Positions 19,883-30,652 of a stretch of DNA of 64,000 bases are shown piece by piece. Position numbers and translations under genes: made by a program. How positions within the stretch are numbered: the first letter of the stretch is position 1; the number at the start of each line of letters is the position of its first letter. The stretch covers positions 4,806-68,805 of the forward strand of contig CASFJL010000001.1 in assembly GCA_949295005.1 (NCBI GenBank), read 5' to 3'. This DNA comes from an uncultured Pseudomonadota bacterium. GTDB lineage: Bacteria; Pseudomonadota; Alphaproteobacteria; RF32; CAG-239. The notes below the pieces were generated by a model, which ran no database searches, was not told the DNA's origin, and saw only the letters and a list, made by a program, of their open reading frames with translations.

Positions 19883-22147
19883 ATGAAAAAAACAGGATAT
19901 TATACACTTGGTTTGAGTATGTTGTTGGCAGCTCCGTCATGGGCAAATGACATATATGTCAGAGATGTAAATGTTGAAGGTTTGAAAAGAGTTGAGGTTG
20001 ATACGGTTTTGTCATATGTCAACATTCCGACAGGGCAGGCTGTTTCACAAGAGAGTTTGGACGATTCGTTAAAAAATCTGTATAATACGGGTTTGTTTAC
20101 GGATGTGATATTTGATGTAAAAACAGATGGTTTACTGACCATTAAAGTTATTGAAAACCCGATAGTTAATCAACGCTATTTTGATGGCAATGATAAAGTC
20201 AGCGAAGAAATGCTATCAAAGGAAACAAGCCTAAATTCAGGTTCAATTTATGACAGAGCAAAAGTTCAAGAAGATGTCCAAAGAATATTGACTGTTTATA
20301 AAAGAACAGGTCGTTATGCTACATCTGTTGTTCCAAAAATTATTAAGAGAGACCAAAACAGAGTAGATTTGATTTATGAGATTAATGAAGGGCCATTGGC
20401 CAATATTACCAAAATCAATTTTATCGGTAACAAGCGTTATTCAGATGATGATTTATCAAATGCCATTATGAGTAAAGAAAGCAGATGGTATAGAATTTTT
20501 TCAAGTTCAGAAACTTATGATGCCGATAAGAGCAATTATGATAAAGAATTGTTGCGCCGCTTTTACTTAAAAAGAGGTTATGCCGATTTTAAGGTCAAGT
20601 CTGCGGTTGCAGAGTTAAGTCCTGATAAAACATCATTTGTCTTGAATTATGTTTTAGATGAAGGTCAAAGATATCAAATTGCCAGCATAAAATTTGATTC
20701 AGAGATAAAAGATGTTAATTTGCAAAATTTGGCAGAGCAGGTAGATATTCAAACAGGTGAATGGTATGATGACACAAAAGTAGATTCATCTGTGCAAAAA
20801 ATTACGGAAGAATTGGGCAAACAAGGTTTTGCTTTTGTAGATGTAGTACCTGATTTGAATATAGATACAAAAAATGCAAAAATGGATATTGTCTTCAAGG
20901 TTAAAGAAGGTGAGCGTGTCTTTATAGATAGAATTAATATCAAGGGCAATACCAGAACACATGATGAGGTAATCAGAAGAGAGTTCAGAATTGATGAAGG
21001 AGACGCATTCAACGCTTCAAAAATAAAAGCGTCAAGAAAGAATGTAGAGAATTTAAATTACTTTAGCAAAGTAGATGTCAAGACTGTTCCAACCGGAGCA
21101 AACAAAGCAGATATTAATGTTGATGTTGAAGAAAAATCAACCGGATATTTTAACGTAGGTGTTGGTTACTCAACCGTAAACGGAATGTTGTTTAGAACAG
21201 GTGTTACAGAAAACAACTTCAGAGGCATGGGGCAACAACTTGGTTTGGATGTAGGTATATCTCAAAGGACGCAAGAGTATAATATTAGCTTTACAGAACC
21301 ATATTTTATGAACAGAAACTTGAGTGCCGGTGTTGACTTGTTCAGAACAGAAGAAGATTATCAAGATTATGGTTCTTATGATATGAGCAGCACGGGCGGA
21401 CGTTTGCGCTTAGGTTGGAAATATACGGATTCGTTCTCTCAATATGTTCGTTATACATATAAACAAGATGAAATTAACAATGTAGATTCAGACGCGTCTA
21501 AATATATTAAAGAAGAGATAGGTAAGTATAATGCTTCTGTAATCGGTCAAACACTTATTTATGATAAGAGAGACAGTGCTATTAATCCAAAAGAAGGATA
21601 TTATGTATCTTTTGGCAATGATTTAGCCGGTGCCGGTGGAGATGAAAAATATGCAAAATTTGATGCAAAAGTTTATAAATATTATACTTTTGCAGATGAT
21701 TATACCTTTAAGTTGTTCACCCAAGCCGGATATATTTTTGGATATGGCGGAGAAGATGTTCGTTTGTTCAACCGTTATAATTTAGGTGGTTCAACCTTAA
21801 GAGGTTTTGATACGGCAGGTATTGGCGCCAGAGATAAAACTACCGGAGATGCACTGGGTGGTAACTGGATGATTTACTCCGGAGCAGAAATGTCCTTCCC
21901 GATTGGTTTGGATGAGGTTGGCATCCGTGGTCGCACTTTTGCTGATATGGGTATTTTGGGTAAGCCGGATGGAATTAACGGTGCAAGTGATGTTGAATAT
22001 TCTTCAACGCCACGTGTGGCCGCTGGTTTTGGTTTCCAATGGTTGTCTCCGATGGGACAAATTGATGTAGATATTGCCTTCCCGATTGTTAAAGAAGATT
22101 ATGATGAAACACAAGTCTTCCGCTTGAACTTTGGTACAAGGTTGTAA
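19883..22147 (+). CDS. bamA: Outer-membrane protein assembly factor BamA.
   Basis: Signal peptide, POTRA repeats and a C-terminal beta-barrel with an aromatic terminus (...FRLNFGTRL). Confidence 0.92.
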   Translation: MKKTGYYTLGLSMLLAAPSWANDIYVRDVNVEGLKRVEVDTVLSYVNIPTGQAVSQESLDDSLKNLYNTGLFTDVIFDVKTDGLLTIKVIENPIVNQRYFDGNDKVSEEMLSKETSLNSGSIYDRAKVQEDVQRILTVYKRTGRYATSVVPKIIKRDQNRVDLIYEINEGPLANITKINFIGNKRYSDDDLSNAIMSKESRWYRIFSSSETYDADKSNYDKELLRRFYLKRGYADFKVKSAVAELSPDKTSFVLNYVLDEGQRYQIASIKFDSEIKDVNLQNLAEQVDIQTGEWYDDTKVDSSVQKITEELGKQGFAFVDVVPDLNIDTKNAKMDIVFKVKEGERVFIDRINIKGNTRTHDEVIRREFRIDEGDAFNASKIKASRKNVENLNYFSKVDVKTVPTGANKADINVDVEEKSTGYFNVGVGYSTVNGMLFRTGVTENNFRGMGQQLGLDVGISQRTQEYNISFTEPYFMNRNLSAGVDLFRTEEDYQDYGSYDMSSTGGRLRLGWKYTDSFSQYVRYTYKQDEINNVDSDASKYIKEEIGKYNASVIGQTLIYDKRDSAINPKEGYYVSFGNDLAGAGGDEKYAKFDAKVYKYYTFADDYTFKLFTQAGYIFGYGGEDVRLFNRYNLGGSTLRGFDTAGIGARDKTTGDALGGNWMIYSGAEMSFPIGLDEVGIRGRTFADMGILGKPDGINGASDVEYSSTPRVAAGFGFQWLSPMGQIDVDIAFPIVKEDYDETQVFRLNFGTRL

Positions 22148-22161
22148 TATTGGAGTAAAAA

Positions 22162-23175
22162 ATGGTAGATACAGCATTTTATATAAATAAAGGTCCTTTC
22201 ACAATAGCTCAAATAGCTGAAGTTTGTGAAGCAAGCTTGGAAGATAACTCGAAAGCAGATGTTTTAATTTCTGATATCGCTACAATGTTTCACGCCAAGG
22301 AAGGAGAGGTTTGTTTTTTCTATGACAAAAAGGCTAAAGAAAAAGCAGCCGAAATTCAGGCAACATGCTGCGTTACCACAGAAGAATTAAAATCTTTTGT
22401 TCCGGAAAATGTAATTAAATTAATTTCAGACAATCCAAAATTAGCTTTTCTGAAATTAAACAAAGCCTTTTATGAAGAACAAAGACCAAGAGCCGAAATC
22501 TCCAGAACGGCAAAAATTGCACCTTCAGCCAAGATTGGTGAAAATGCATATATTGGCGAATATGTTGTGATTGAAGATGGTGTAGAAATCGGTAGCAACT
22601 GTGTAATTGAACATAATGCCGTTATAGGAAAAAATTGCAAAATCGGTAACAATTGCCGCATTGGTGTTGGTGCATCTTTAAGCTATACCATTATGGGAAA
22701 TGATTGTTACATATTTACAGGTGCTCGTATTGGTCAAGATGGTTTTGGCTTTATGGTAATTAACGGCAAGCACGAGCGCATTCCGCAGCTTGGCAGAGTG
22801 ATTATCGGTAATGATGTTGAAATTGCAGCCAATACTTGTGTGGACAGAGGAGCTTTGGATGATACGGTTATCGGAGATGGTTGCCGCATAGATAACTTGG
22901 TTCAAGTGGCTCATAATGATGTTTTGGGCAGAGGTTGTGTGATTGTTGCACAAACCGGAATTGCCGGAAGCTGCACATTTGGAGATTATGTTGTCTGTGG
23001 AGGTCAATCTGGCTTTGCAGACCACTTAAAGATTGGTTCCGGAGCTCAAATTGGTGCTCAATCCGGTTTGATGAGAGATGTTGATGCCGGAACAATTGTT
23101 ATGGGAACACCGGCTGTGCCGATTAAAGATTTCATGCGTCAAGTTTCCAATATTCAAAAACTTGGCAAAAAATAG
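22162..23175 (+). CDS. lpxD: UDP-3-O-(3-hydroxyacyl)glucosamine N-acyltransferase.
   Basis: Left-handed beta-helix hexapeptide repeats, the ...QVAHNDVLG... motif and the LpxD N-terminal domain. Confidence 0.9.
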   Translation: MVDTAFYINKGPFTIAQIAEVCEASLEDNSKADVLISDIATMFHAKEGEVCFFYDKKAKEKAAEIQATCCVTTEELKSFVPENVIKLISDNPKLAFLKLNKAFYEEQRPRAEISRTAKIAPSAKIGENAYIGEYVVIEDGVEIGSNCVIEHNAVIGKNCKIGNNCRIGVGASLSYTIMGNDCYIFTGARIGQDGFGFMVINGKHERIPQLGRVIIGNDVEIAANTCVDRGALDDTVIGDGCRIDNLVQVAHNDVLGRGCVIVAQTGIAGSCTFGDYVVCGGQSGFADHLKIGSGAQIGAQSGLMRDVDAGTIVMGTPAVPIKDFMRQVSNIQKLGKK

Positions 23176-23205
23176 TTTTTAATAATTAGATATAAGGAAA
23201 GAAAA

Positions 23206-23658
23206 ATGTCTGAAGTTAAAATGTATCCGATTGAAGAAATTATGAAAATGTTACCACACCGTTATCCGTTTTTGTTGGTAGACAGATTGTTTGTTGAAGA
23301 ACCCGGTGTAAAAGGCTATGGTATTAAAAATGTGACCATGAATGAAGAGTTTTTCCAAGGTCACTTTCCAAACAATCCGGTAATGCCTGGTGTTTTGCAA
23401 ATTGAAGCTATGGCTCAAACCGCCGGTGCCGTTGTAATTTCTTCTTTTGAAAATTATGAAGAAGACAAAAGAGGTGTTTACTTCATGTCTATTGACGCTG
23501 TAAAATTCCGCAAAATGGTTAAACCCGGAGATCAACTTGAAATGCATGTAGAGAAGATTAAAGAGCGTCGTAATATTTTTGTTTTCAAAGCTCAATCTTT
23601 GGTAGACGGTCAAGTTGTTAGTGAAGCAGAATTCACAGCGATGATTGCTGATAAATAA
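23206..23658 (+). CDS. fabZ: 3-hydroxyacyl-ACP dehydratase FabZ.
   Basis: LPHRYPFLLVDR...GHFPNNPVMPGVLQIEAMAQ hot-dog fold. Confidence 0.93.
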   Translation: MSEVKMYPIEEIMKMLPHRYPFLLVDRLFVEEPGVKGYGIKNVTMNEEFFQGHFPNNPVMPGVLQIEAMAQTAGAVVISSFENYEEDKRGVYFMSIDAVKFRKMVKPGDQLEMHVEKIKERRNIFVFKAQSLVDGQVVSEAEFTAMIADK

Positions 23659-23672
23659 TTTAAGAAAAGTCA

Positions 23673-23706
23673 AAAAAACTCTCCTGAATTCAGGAGAGTT
23701 TTTTTG
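23673..23706. terminator. Bidirectional terminator between fabZ and argS.
   Basis: aaaaaactctcctgaattcaggagagttttttt is a perfect 10-bp stem. Confidence 0.6.
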
Positions 23707-23715
23707 TGCCATATT

Positions 23716-25461
23716 TTATGCACTTTGCTTTTTGAGCATAACTTCAGGAGATTCAATTCCCAAAAGGTAGAGAAGTTGAACCAAAATATCTCTGACCAAA
23801 CGAGAGATTTTTAATCGAGAAGCCGCTAACTCTACTGATTCAGCATTCATAATGGAAGAAACATTATAAAACGTGCTAAACGCCTGAGCCAAAGAATAAG
23901 CATAATCAGAAATAATGCTTGGTTCATGCTCTGTATGTGCACGCATAACCACATTACTGATTTGAGAAATCTTAAGAGCTAAATCTTTCTCTTCTTGGTT
24001 AGAGATAATAACATTACCTTCTTTGATGTTATTTGCTTGAGCTTTACGGATGATAGAGTTTATTCTGGCAATGGCATATTGAATATATGGGCCGGTTTTG
24101 CCTTCAAATTTAGCAAAATCATCCAATTCAAAAATATAGCCGGAAGCAATATTGTTTTTTAAGTCTTGGAATTTAATGGCAGCCATGGCGATTTGGGTAA
24201 CCATTTTTTCAATTTCTTTTTCGCCATATCCTTCAACTTCATTTGGCAAAGGCAAAGATTCACGAACCTTGTCTTTAGAAAGTTTAATGAGATCTTCCAA
24301 GTTCATCACACCGCCGTCTCTGGTTTTAAAAGGCTTGCCGTCAGCACCGTTTACCGTACCAAAACCAATGTGCAAGAATTTAACATTCGGAGCAATATTG
24401 AGTTTTTCAGCCACTTCAAAAACTTGTTCAAAATGTAAAGATTGGCGTTTATCTACCACATAGATTATTTCATCTGCTTTTAAGTCATCATAACGCATTT
24501 TGATTGTGGCAATATCGGTGAGCTGATATCCAAAACCACCGTCGCTTTTAACCAAAATAACAGGTGGGCGCTGGCTCTTTGTTTCATCAAGGCGAATAAT
24601 TGTTGCACCGTCATCAACTTCAGAGATACCTTTTTCTTGAGCAATTTTTACAATCTCTTTACATGTTTCGTGAGCATCGCTTTCACCGAGCCAGAGGTCA
24701 AAATGAGCATCTAATTCATTATAATTTTTCTTAACATCATCTACTGAAACTTTGCGCAAATGCTCCCAAGCTTTATAAAATTCGGGTTCTTTATCTTGAA
24801 TTTTGGTTGTAATCAAGCGAGCTTCTTCTTTAGCGCTTTCATCTTCTTTGCAGCGGATGTTGGCTTGTTTGTAAAAAGCAGAGATTTGTTTGATGTCATA
24901 AGTTTCAACTTTAGAAAGGTTTCCGTCTTGACGAATGATTTCAGATAAAATCATACCCATCGGGGTTCCCCAATCACCGAAGTGAACATCAGAAATAACC
25001 GTATTACCGACAAAGGTTTCAATACGTCTGATAGATTCGCCGACAACGGCAGAACGCAAGTGACCAACATGCAAAGCTTTTGCTACGTTCGGGCCGCCAA
25101 AATCCATCACCACACGACTAGGCTTTTCAACTTTTGCACAGCCAAAGTTTTTATCTTCAGCCATTTTATCAATATTATGAGCCAAAAATTTATCAGATAA
25201 TGAAATATTGATAAACCCTGGGCCATCAATGGAGATTTTGGCAAAATCTTCATCTTTTTGCAATTCTTGAGCAATAAGAGTGGCAATTTCACGAGGGTTT
25301 TTGCGCTCAATTTTAGCCAAAGCCAAAGCGCCGTTGCATTGAAAATCGCTCAAATCCGGACGGTCAGAAACTTTAACAGCAGCAAATTTGGTGTCCAAAT
25401 TAAGCAAAGAAAATACGGCAATCAATTTTTGATTAATTAAATATTCAAGAGATAAATTCAT
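23716..25461 (-). CDS. argS: Arginine-tRNA ligase.
   Basis: Class-I HIGH-like motif ALHVGHLRS plus C-terminal anticodon-binding region. The start is placed at MNLSLEY; the ORF track extends 8 codons further upstream. Confidence 0.92.
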   Translation of the reverse strand: MNLSLEYLINQKLIAVFSLLNLDTKFAAVKVSDRPDLSDFQCNGALALAKIERKNPREIATLIAQELQKDEDFAKISIDGPGFINISLSDKFLAHNIDKMAEDKNFGCAKVEKPSRVVMDFGGPNVAKALHVGHLRSAVVGESIRRIETFVGNTVISDVHFGDWGTPMGMILSEIIRQDGNLSKVETYDIKQISAFYKQANIRCKEDESAKEEARLITTKIQDKEPEFYKAWEHLRKVSVDDVKKNYNELDAHFDLWLGESDAHETCKEIVKIAQEKGISEVDDGATIIRLDETKSQRPPVILVKSDGGFGYQLTDIATIKMRYDDLKADEIIYVVDKRQSLHFEQVFEVAEKLNIAPNVKFLHIGFGTVNGADGKPFKTRDGGVMNLEDLIKLSKDKVRESLPLPNEVEGYGEKEIEKMVTQIAMAAIKFQDLKNNIASGYIFELDDFAKFEGKTGPYIQYAIARINSIIRKAQANNIKEGNVIISNQEEKDLALKISQISNVVMRAHTEHEPSIISDYAYSLAQAFSTFYNVSSIMNAESVELAASRLKISRLVRDILVQLLYLLGIESPEVMLKKQSA

Positions 25462-25528
25462 TATAAAATTCCTATAAATTGTCAAATTAAGGCTAATTTA
25501 TATAATAACATTTATAAACACAACAAAA

Positions 25529-25888
25529 TTATTGCGCTTTAGATTGAGTTTGTTCATTTTGTGCAGGTGGAGTACCTTCACATCTAAAATAAAAATGGTT
25601 CGGAATGAACAAACGGCAAGTAAATGAGGTTTGCTTAACCGGAACGGCATAAGCACCGGTTTTTTGTTTGATGCATTCTTGCGTAGCCAAGGCCAACACA
25701 TCTTTATAAGGTGTGGTTAAAGCATTATAGCAGATGGCGGGCTCTTTTGGTGTAGAGGTGCCGACATATAAGCTTGCTTCTGTCTGAGCGCCGGCTTCGC
25801 GTCTGCGGTCAACAAAAGGCTTGGTTATGGAACAAGATGCCGTAAAAAGGCAAAAGAAAAAAATGAAACAAAATTTTCTGCTGGACAA
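25529..25888 (-). CDS. Cysteine-rich lipoprotein, hypothetical.
   Basis: Signal peptide with lipobox ...LFTASC, and 6 Cys in the mature part. Confidence 0.5.
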   Translation of the reverse strand: MSSRKFCFIFFFCLFTASCSITKPFVDRRREAGAQTEASLYVGTSTPKEPAICYNALTTPYKDVLALATQECIKQKTGAYAVPVKQTSFTCRLFIPNHFYFRCEGTPPAQNEQTQSKAQ

Positions 25889-25947
25889 TTCTCAAAACTC
25901 CACTAAATTACATATAATTTCTTAATGTATAAACGAAGAAGAATAAA

Positions 25948-26550
25948 ATGAAAAGCGAAAATAAATATATTGGTGATGAAGCCTTTGAAAAAATGTTGGC
26001 ACACTATAAATGTGTTACACCGTTAGATGTTGTCAAAATGCGTTTTTTAGGCGCAATTTGCTCTCCGAATATGGAGTTAAGACCAACAGATGTGATATCA
26101 TCTTTTTGGCCACAGGGGCAAGAACCTCGTTTGCAAACCAAAGATGAGGCAGACTTATTTTTCAAATTTTTTATGGGCTTGTGGGATGAATTGTTTGAGC
26201 AAGTAAGAGAAAACAAAGTCAAATTGCCGTTTGTCAAAAGAGAAGAAGCAAATTTAAAAGACTTTTGTGTTAGCAGATATAATGAAGTTGAATGGGGTTT
26301 TGTTGAAGGTTTTTGGGGTGGAAAACAAGACCTAAAGCTTGCAAACTATCTGGCAGAAGTTATCGATTCTTTAACAGATTTGGCCGGTGTATATAATGCA
26401 TTGCAAAATCAGGTAGATAAAAATTTTAATAGTGCAGAATTAATAAAAACTTTAGAACATACCGATAAAATGGTAGAAAAATCAATATCTTTTATTATTG
26501 AAAATTCTGTATTGCCAAGAATAGAAAATAGACATCGGGTTGTAAATTAA
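25948..26550 (+). CDS. Conserved hypothetical cytoplasmic protein.
   Basis: 200 aa with a good start context and no recognisable catalytic motif. Confidence 0.55.
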   Translation: MKSENKYIGDEAFEKMLAHYKCVTPLDVVKMRFLGAICSPNMELRPTDVISSFWPQGQEPRLQTKDEADLFFKFFMGLWDELFEQVRENKVKLPFVKREEANLKDFCVSRYNEVEWGFVEGFWGGKQDLKLANYLAEVIDSLTDLAGVYNALQNQVDKNFNSAELIKTLEHTDKMVEKSISFIIENSVLPRIENRHRVVN

Positions 26551-26572
26551 TCAGATTAAAAAGGAGAAAACG

Positions 26573-27103
26573 ATGGAGTTGATGGAAGGTTTGTTAACCA
26601 GACGTTCGGTCAGAAAATTTGATACAAGCAAAAAAATAGCCAAAGAAACTATAAAAGATTTAATAAAAGCTGCACAATACGCACCATCTGCGCACAATAC
26701 CCAACCGTGGGAATTTTTAGTTATTGAAAATCCGGAAACCTTAAAACAATTTCGCCATATGCAACGCTCGGCTTTGTTTGCAGAAAATGCCACAGCGGTT
26801 GTATTGGTTTGCGGAAACACGGACAAAGCTTTCAGCCGAGAAAAAGAAGGTTGGAGCTATGTGGATATAGATTGTTCAGCCGCAACTCAAAATTTGATTT
26901 TGGCGGCACATGCTTTGGGTTTAGGTGCTTGTTGGTGCGGAGCATCTCCAATGACAGGTCCAATGGCAAGTATCAAGGAATATTTTAATTTGCCGGAAAA
27001 TATCAAACCGTTTTCAATAGTTGTTTTGGGTTATCCGCAAGAAGAAGCAAAACAACCCGAAGGTAGATATACTGAAAATACCATTCACTGGGAAAAGTGG
27101 TAA
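26573..27103 (+). CDS. Nitroreductase-family protein.
   Basis: LTRRSVRKFD...APSAHNTQPWEFLVI nitroreductase signature. Confidence 0.8.
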   Translation: MELMEGLLTRRSVRKFDTSKKIAKETIKDLIKAAQYAPSAHNTQPWEFLVIENPETLKQFRHMQRSALFAENATAVVLVCGNTDKAFSREKEGWSYVDIDCSAATQNLILAAHALGLGACWCGASPMTGPMASIKEYFNLPENIKPFSIVVLGYPQEEAKQPEGRYTENTIHWEKW

Positions 27104-27108
27104 ATGAA

Positions 27109-27148
27109 AAAGGCGAGACACTAAATATGTAAGATGTCTCGCCTTTTT
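27109..27148. terminator. Bidirectional terminator.
   Basis: aaaggcgagacactaaatatgtaagatgtctcgccttttt. Confidence 0.55.
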
Positions 27149-27164
27149 CTAAAGATTTTTTCCA

Positions 27165-27548
27165 TTATTTTTGCTCTTCAATAAACAAAAGTTCAAATTT
27201 CTCACCGAGTTGTTCTCCTTTGATAAAATAGTAAATTTTATTTTCGAAAGAGAAACGATACATTCTAATTTTTGCCTCTTTTCCAAAATCATCTTTATAA
27301 ACCTGTTCAGCGGTATCGAAGGCATTAAGCATTTCTTGAGACCATGATTTTTTATCCAAGTGATAAAGATAAATCCGAGAGTTTGGATTAGATTTTTCAG
27401 CAATTTTTGCCATTGCATATTTTAACATTCCGGCAAACATTTTTTCAGAATGTAAAGGATGTTGACACTTCTGAATATAAGCAATAACGGCCACGGGAGA
27501 AAATCCCTCACAATTTTTTTTCAATAAAGCAAAATTTTTCATATGCAA
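27165..27548 (-). CDS. Hypothetical protein.
   Basis: 127-aa ORF bounded by a terminator, with no recognisable motif. Confidence 0.5.
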   Translation of the reverse strand: MHMKNFALLKKNCEGFSPVAVIAYIQKCQHPLHSEKMFAGMLKYAMAKIAEKSNPNSRIYLYHLDKKSWSQEMLNAFDTAEQVYKDDFGKEAKIRMYRFSFENKIYYFIKGEQLGEKFELLFIEEQK

Positions 27549-27745
27549 ACTAATTTAGTTAATAATAAGTAATTTCAAAACATAAATATCACGCGAAAGC
27601 AAAAAATCAAGATTTTTTTGCACAAGCAAAGTTATTTAAATAGTACAAATTAAGATTTATCTTGAAAAAAAAAGAAATAATGATACATTAACGACGATAA
27701 TTTTTATAATAAAAGCCAGTGCGGGGCTGTCCGCATAATATATAA

Positions 27746-28768
<1,023 letters not shown>

Positions 28769-28774
28769 TGCTTA

Positions 28775-28850
28775 AAAAATCCCCGTCATTCCGAGGACAA
28801 AATGTGCTATGCGTTTTGTAGCAAACTCGGGGCGGGGATTTTGCTTTTTT
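28775..28850 (+). promoter_or_regulatory. Long imperfect stem-loop plus a U-tract in the gap-pgk spacer, a candidate intra-operon attenuator or partial terminator.
   Basis: aaaaaatccccg...ccgag / ctcggggcggggatttt with an inner acaaaa/ttttgt pairing, followed by gcttttttat. Confidence 0.45.
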
Positions 28851-28864
28851 ATAGGAAAAATTAT

Positions 28865-30076
28865 ATGACCGAATATAAAACAATTAAAGATTTGGGTGAT
28901 TTGAACGGCAAAGTTGTTATGCTTCGTGCCGACTTGAACGTCCCTGTTGATGAAAACTTGAAAGTTACTAACACCGCACGTATTGATCGTACGGTTCCAA
29001 CCATCAAATTGTTGATGGAAAAAGGTGCCAAAGTTGTTGTAATTTCTCACTTTGGTCGTCCGGAAGGCAAAGGTGATATGCGCAACTCTTTGAGCCATAT
29101 TGCGAAAGATTTGGAAAAATCTTTGGGCAAACACGTTGTTTTTGTTGATGACTGCATTGGCGAAAAAGTTGAAAATGCCGTTAAAAACATGAAACAAGAT
29201 GAAGTTTTGTTGCTTGAAAACCTCCGCTTCTACAATGAAGAGAAAAAAGGTGACGAAGCTTTTGCCAAAGAGTTGGTTAAAGTTGCCGATGTTTATGTAT
29301 CTGATGCATTCTCAACTGCTCACCGCGCTCATGCATCTATGGTTGCCGCCGCTAAAGAAAGACCGGCTGCTATGGGCTTGTTGATGGAAGAAGAAGTTAA
29401 TGCTTTGTCTAAAGGTTTGAACAATCCGGAACGTCCGTTGATGGCCGTTGTTGGTGGTTCTAAAGTTTCTACCAAATTAGATTTATTGAACAACTTGGTT
29501 AAAAAAGTAGATAAATTAGTTATCTCCGGCGGTATGGCTCATACCTTTATGAAAGCCAGCGGCGTAGATACAGTTAATGAAGCTAACTCTCTTGTCCAAA
29601 TGGATATGATTGAAACCGCAAAAGAAATTATGGCAACAGCAAAAGCAAATGGTTGCGAGATTATTTTGCCGAAAGATGTTGTTGTTTCAAAAGAGTTCAA
29701 AGCAGATGCTGAACACAAAACTGTTGATTTGGAACATATTCCTGCCGAAGGTTGGATTTTGATGGATGTCGGCGCAAAAACCATTGCCTCTATCAATGCC
29801 AAATTAGATGAATGCAAAACTTTAGTTTGGAACGGACCTTTGGGTGTGTTCGAATTAAAACCGTTTGATAAGGCAACTAATGAAGTCGCAGCTCATGCGG
29901 CTGAATTAACTCAAGGCGGCAAGTTATTAACCGTTGCTGGTGGTGGTGATACTGTTTCTGCTTTGGCTAATGCCGGTGTAGAAAAGAAATTCAGCTACAT
30001 ATCAACTGCGGGAGGTGCTTTCCTCGAATGGATGGAAGGTAAAGAGCTCCCCGGAGTTGTTGTTTTGAAAAAATAG
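28865..30076 (+). CDS. pgk: Phosphoglycerate kinase.
   Basis: MTEYKTIKDL...RADLNVP... The start is placed at the ATG with an SD at 28865 rather than the extended ORF-track start. Confidence 0.95.
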   Translation: MTEYKTIKDLGDLNGKVVMLRADLNVPVDENLKVTNTARIDRTVPTIKLLMEKGAKVVVISHFGRPEGKGDMRNSLSHIAKDLEKSLGKHVVFVDDCIGEKVENAVKNMKQDEVLLLENLRFYNEEKKGDEAFAKELVKVADVYVSDAFSTAHRAHASMVAAAKERPAAMGLLMEEEVNALSKGLNNPERPLMAVVGGSKVSTKLDLLNNLVKKVDKLVISGGMAHTFMKASGVDTVNEANSLVQMDMIETAKEIMATAKANGCEIILPKDVVVSKEFKADAEHKTVDLEHIPAEGWILMDVGAKTIASINAKLDECKTLVWNGPLGVFELKPFDKATNEVAAHAAELTQGGKLLTVAGGGDTVSALANAGVEKKFSYISTAGGAFLEWMEGKELPGVVVLKK

Positions 30077-30079
30077 TTA

Positions 30080-30112
30080 AATGAAGCCTGCTTTGTTGCG
30101 GGCTTTTTTTTA
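30080..30112 (+). terminator. Rho-independent terminator after pgk.
   Basis: agcctgctttgttgcgggcttttttttat. Confidence 0.5.
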
Positions 30113-30126
30113 TGAAAGTAAGAAAG

Positions 30127-30576
30127 ATGAAAATAGATTCAAAATTAGATGAGGACGGATGTCTGGACATTGAAATTATAGAAAATAGTGTCACATGGCA
30201 AAAAGAATTAGGAGGAAAAAATCTTTTGATACAAGATATCAAAGGAGGAGAAGGCTTTAGAATAATAGAAGAATATGCTCAAGAACAAGATATCACAGAT
30301 TTTCAGCAACATGGAAAAGCTTTGATAATAGCGTTTTCAGATGGAAATAAAACAGCATATTACCAAGATAAAAAAGGAAATTATCGTCAGATTCAAGAGC
30401 TAAAGCGCTTATATAGTCAAGATAATTATATTGAAAATATAATGTCTATGGAAGAAGAAAATGAGATGATATCAAATAGACAAAAAAAGTCGGAGAAAAT
30501 CACAGGCAAAAACAATGCAAGTGTTGTAGATAAAAGAGTTTTGCAAAGTATTATAGGAAATAGTTATACAAAATAA
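30127..30576 (+). CDS. Hypothetical Lys/Glu-rich protein with no signal peptide.
   Basis: ORF with SD aagaaag before the Met at 30127, and no recognisable domain. Confidence 0.5.
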   Translation: MKIDSKLDEDGCLDIEIIENSVTWQKELGGKNLLIQDIKGGEGFRIIEEYAQEQDITDFQQHGKALIIAFSDGNKTAYYQDKKGNYRQIQELKRLYSQDNYIENIMSMEEENEMISNRQKKSEKITGKNNASVVDKRVLQSIIGNSYTK

Positions 30577-30652
30577 TTTTGTCAAAAAGATATTGATTTT
30601 ATGCCTTCTGCGTGCTATGATAAAGCAAAAGTAACAATAAGGACAAACGATA

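Noticed and set aside
19900-23095. Multiple 60-115-aa antisense ORFs inside bamA and lpxD (for example 19900-20142, 20749-21012, 22678-23025).
   Set aside because: They are shadow ORFs entirely within well-supported genes on the opposite strand, with no start context.
24152-25440. Several small plus-strand ORFs inside argS.
   Set aside because: They are antisense to a highly conserved tRNA ligase gene and are low-complexity AT-driven frames.
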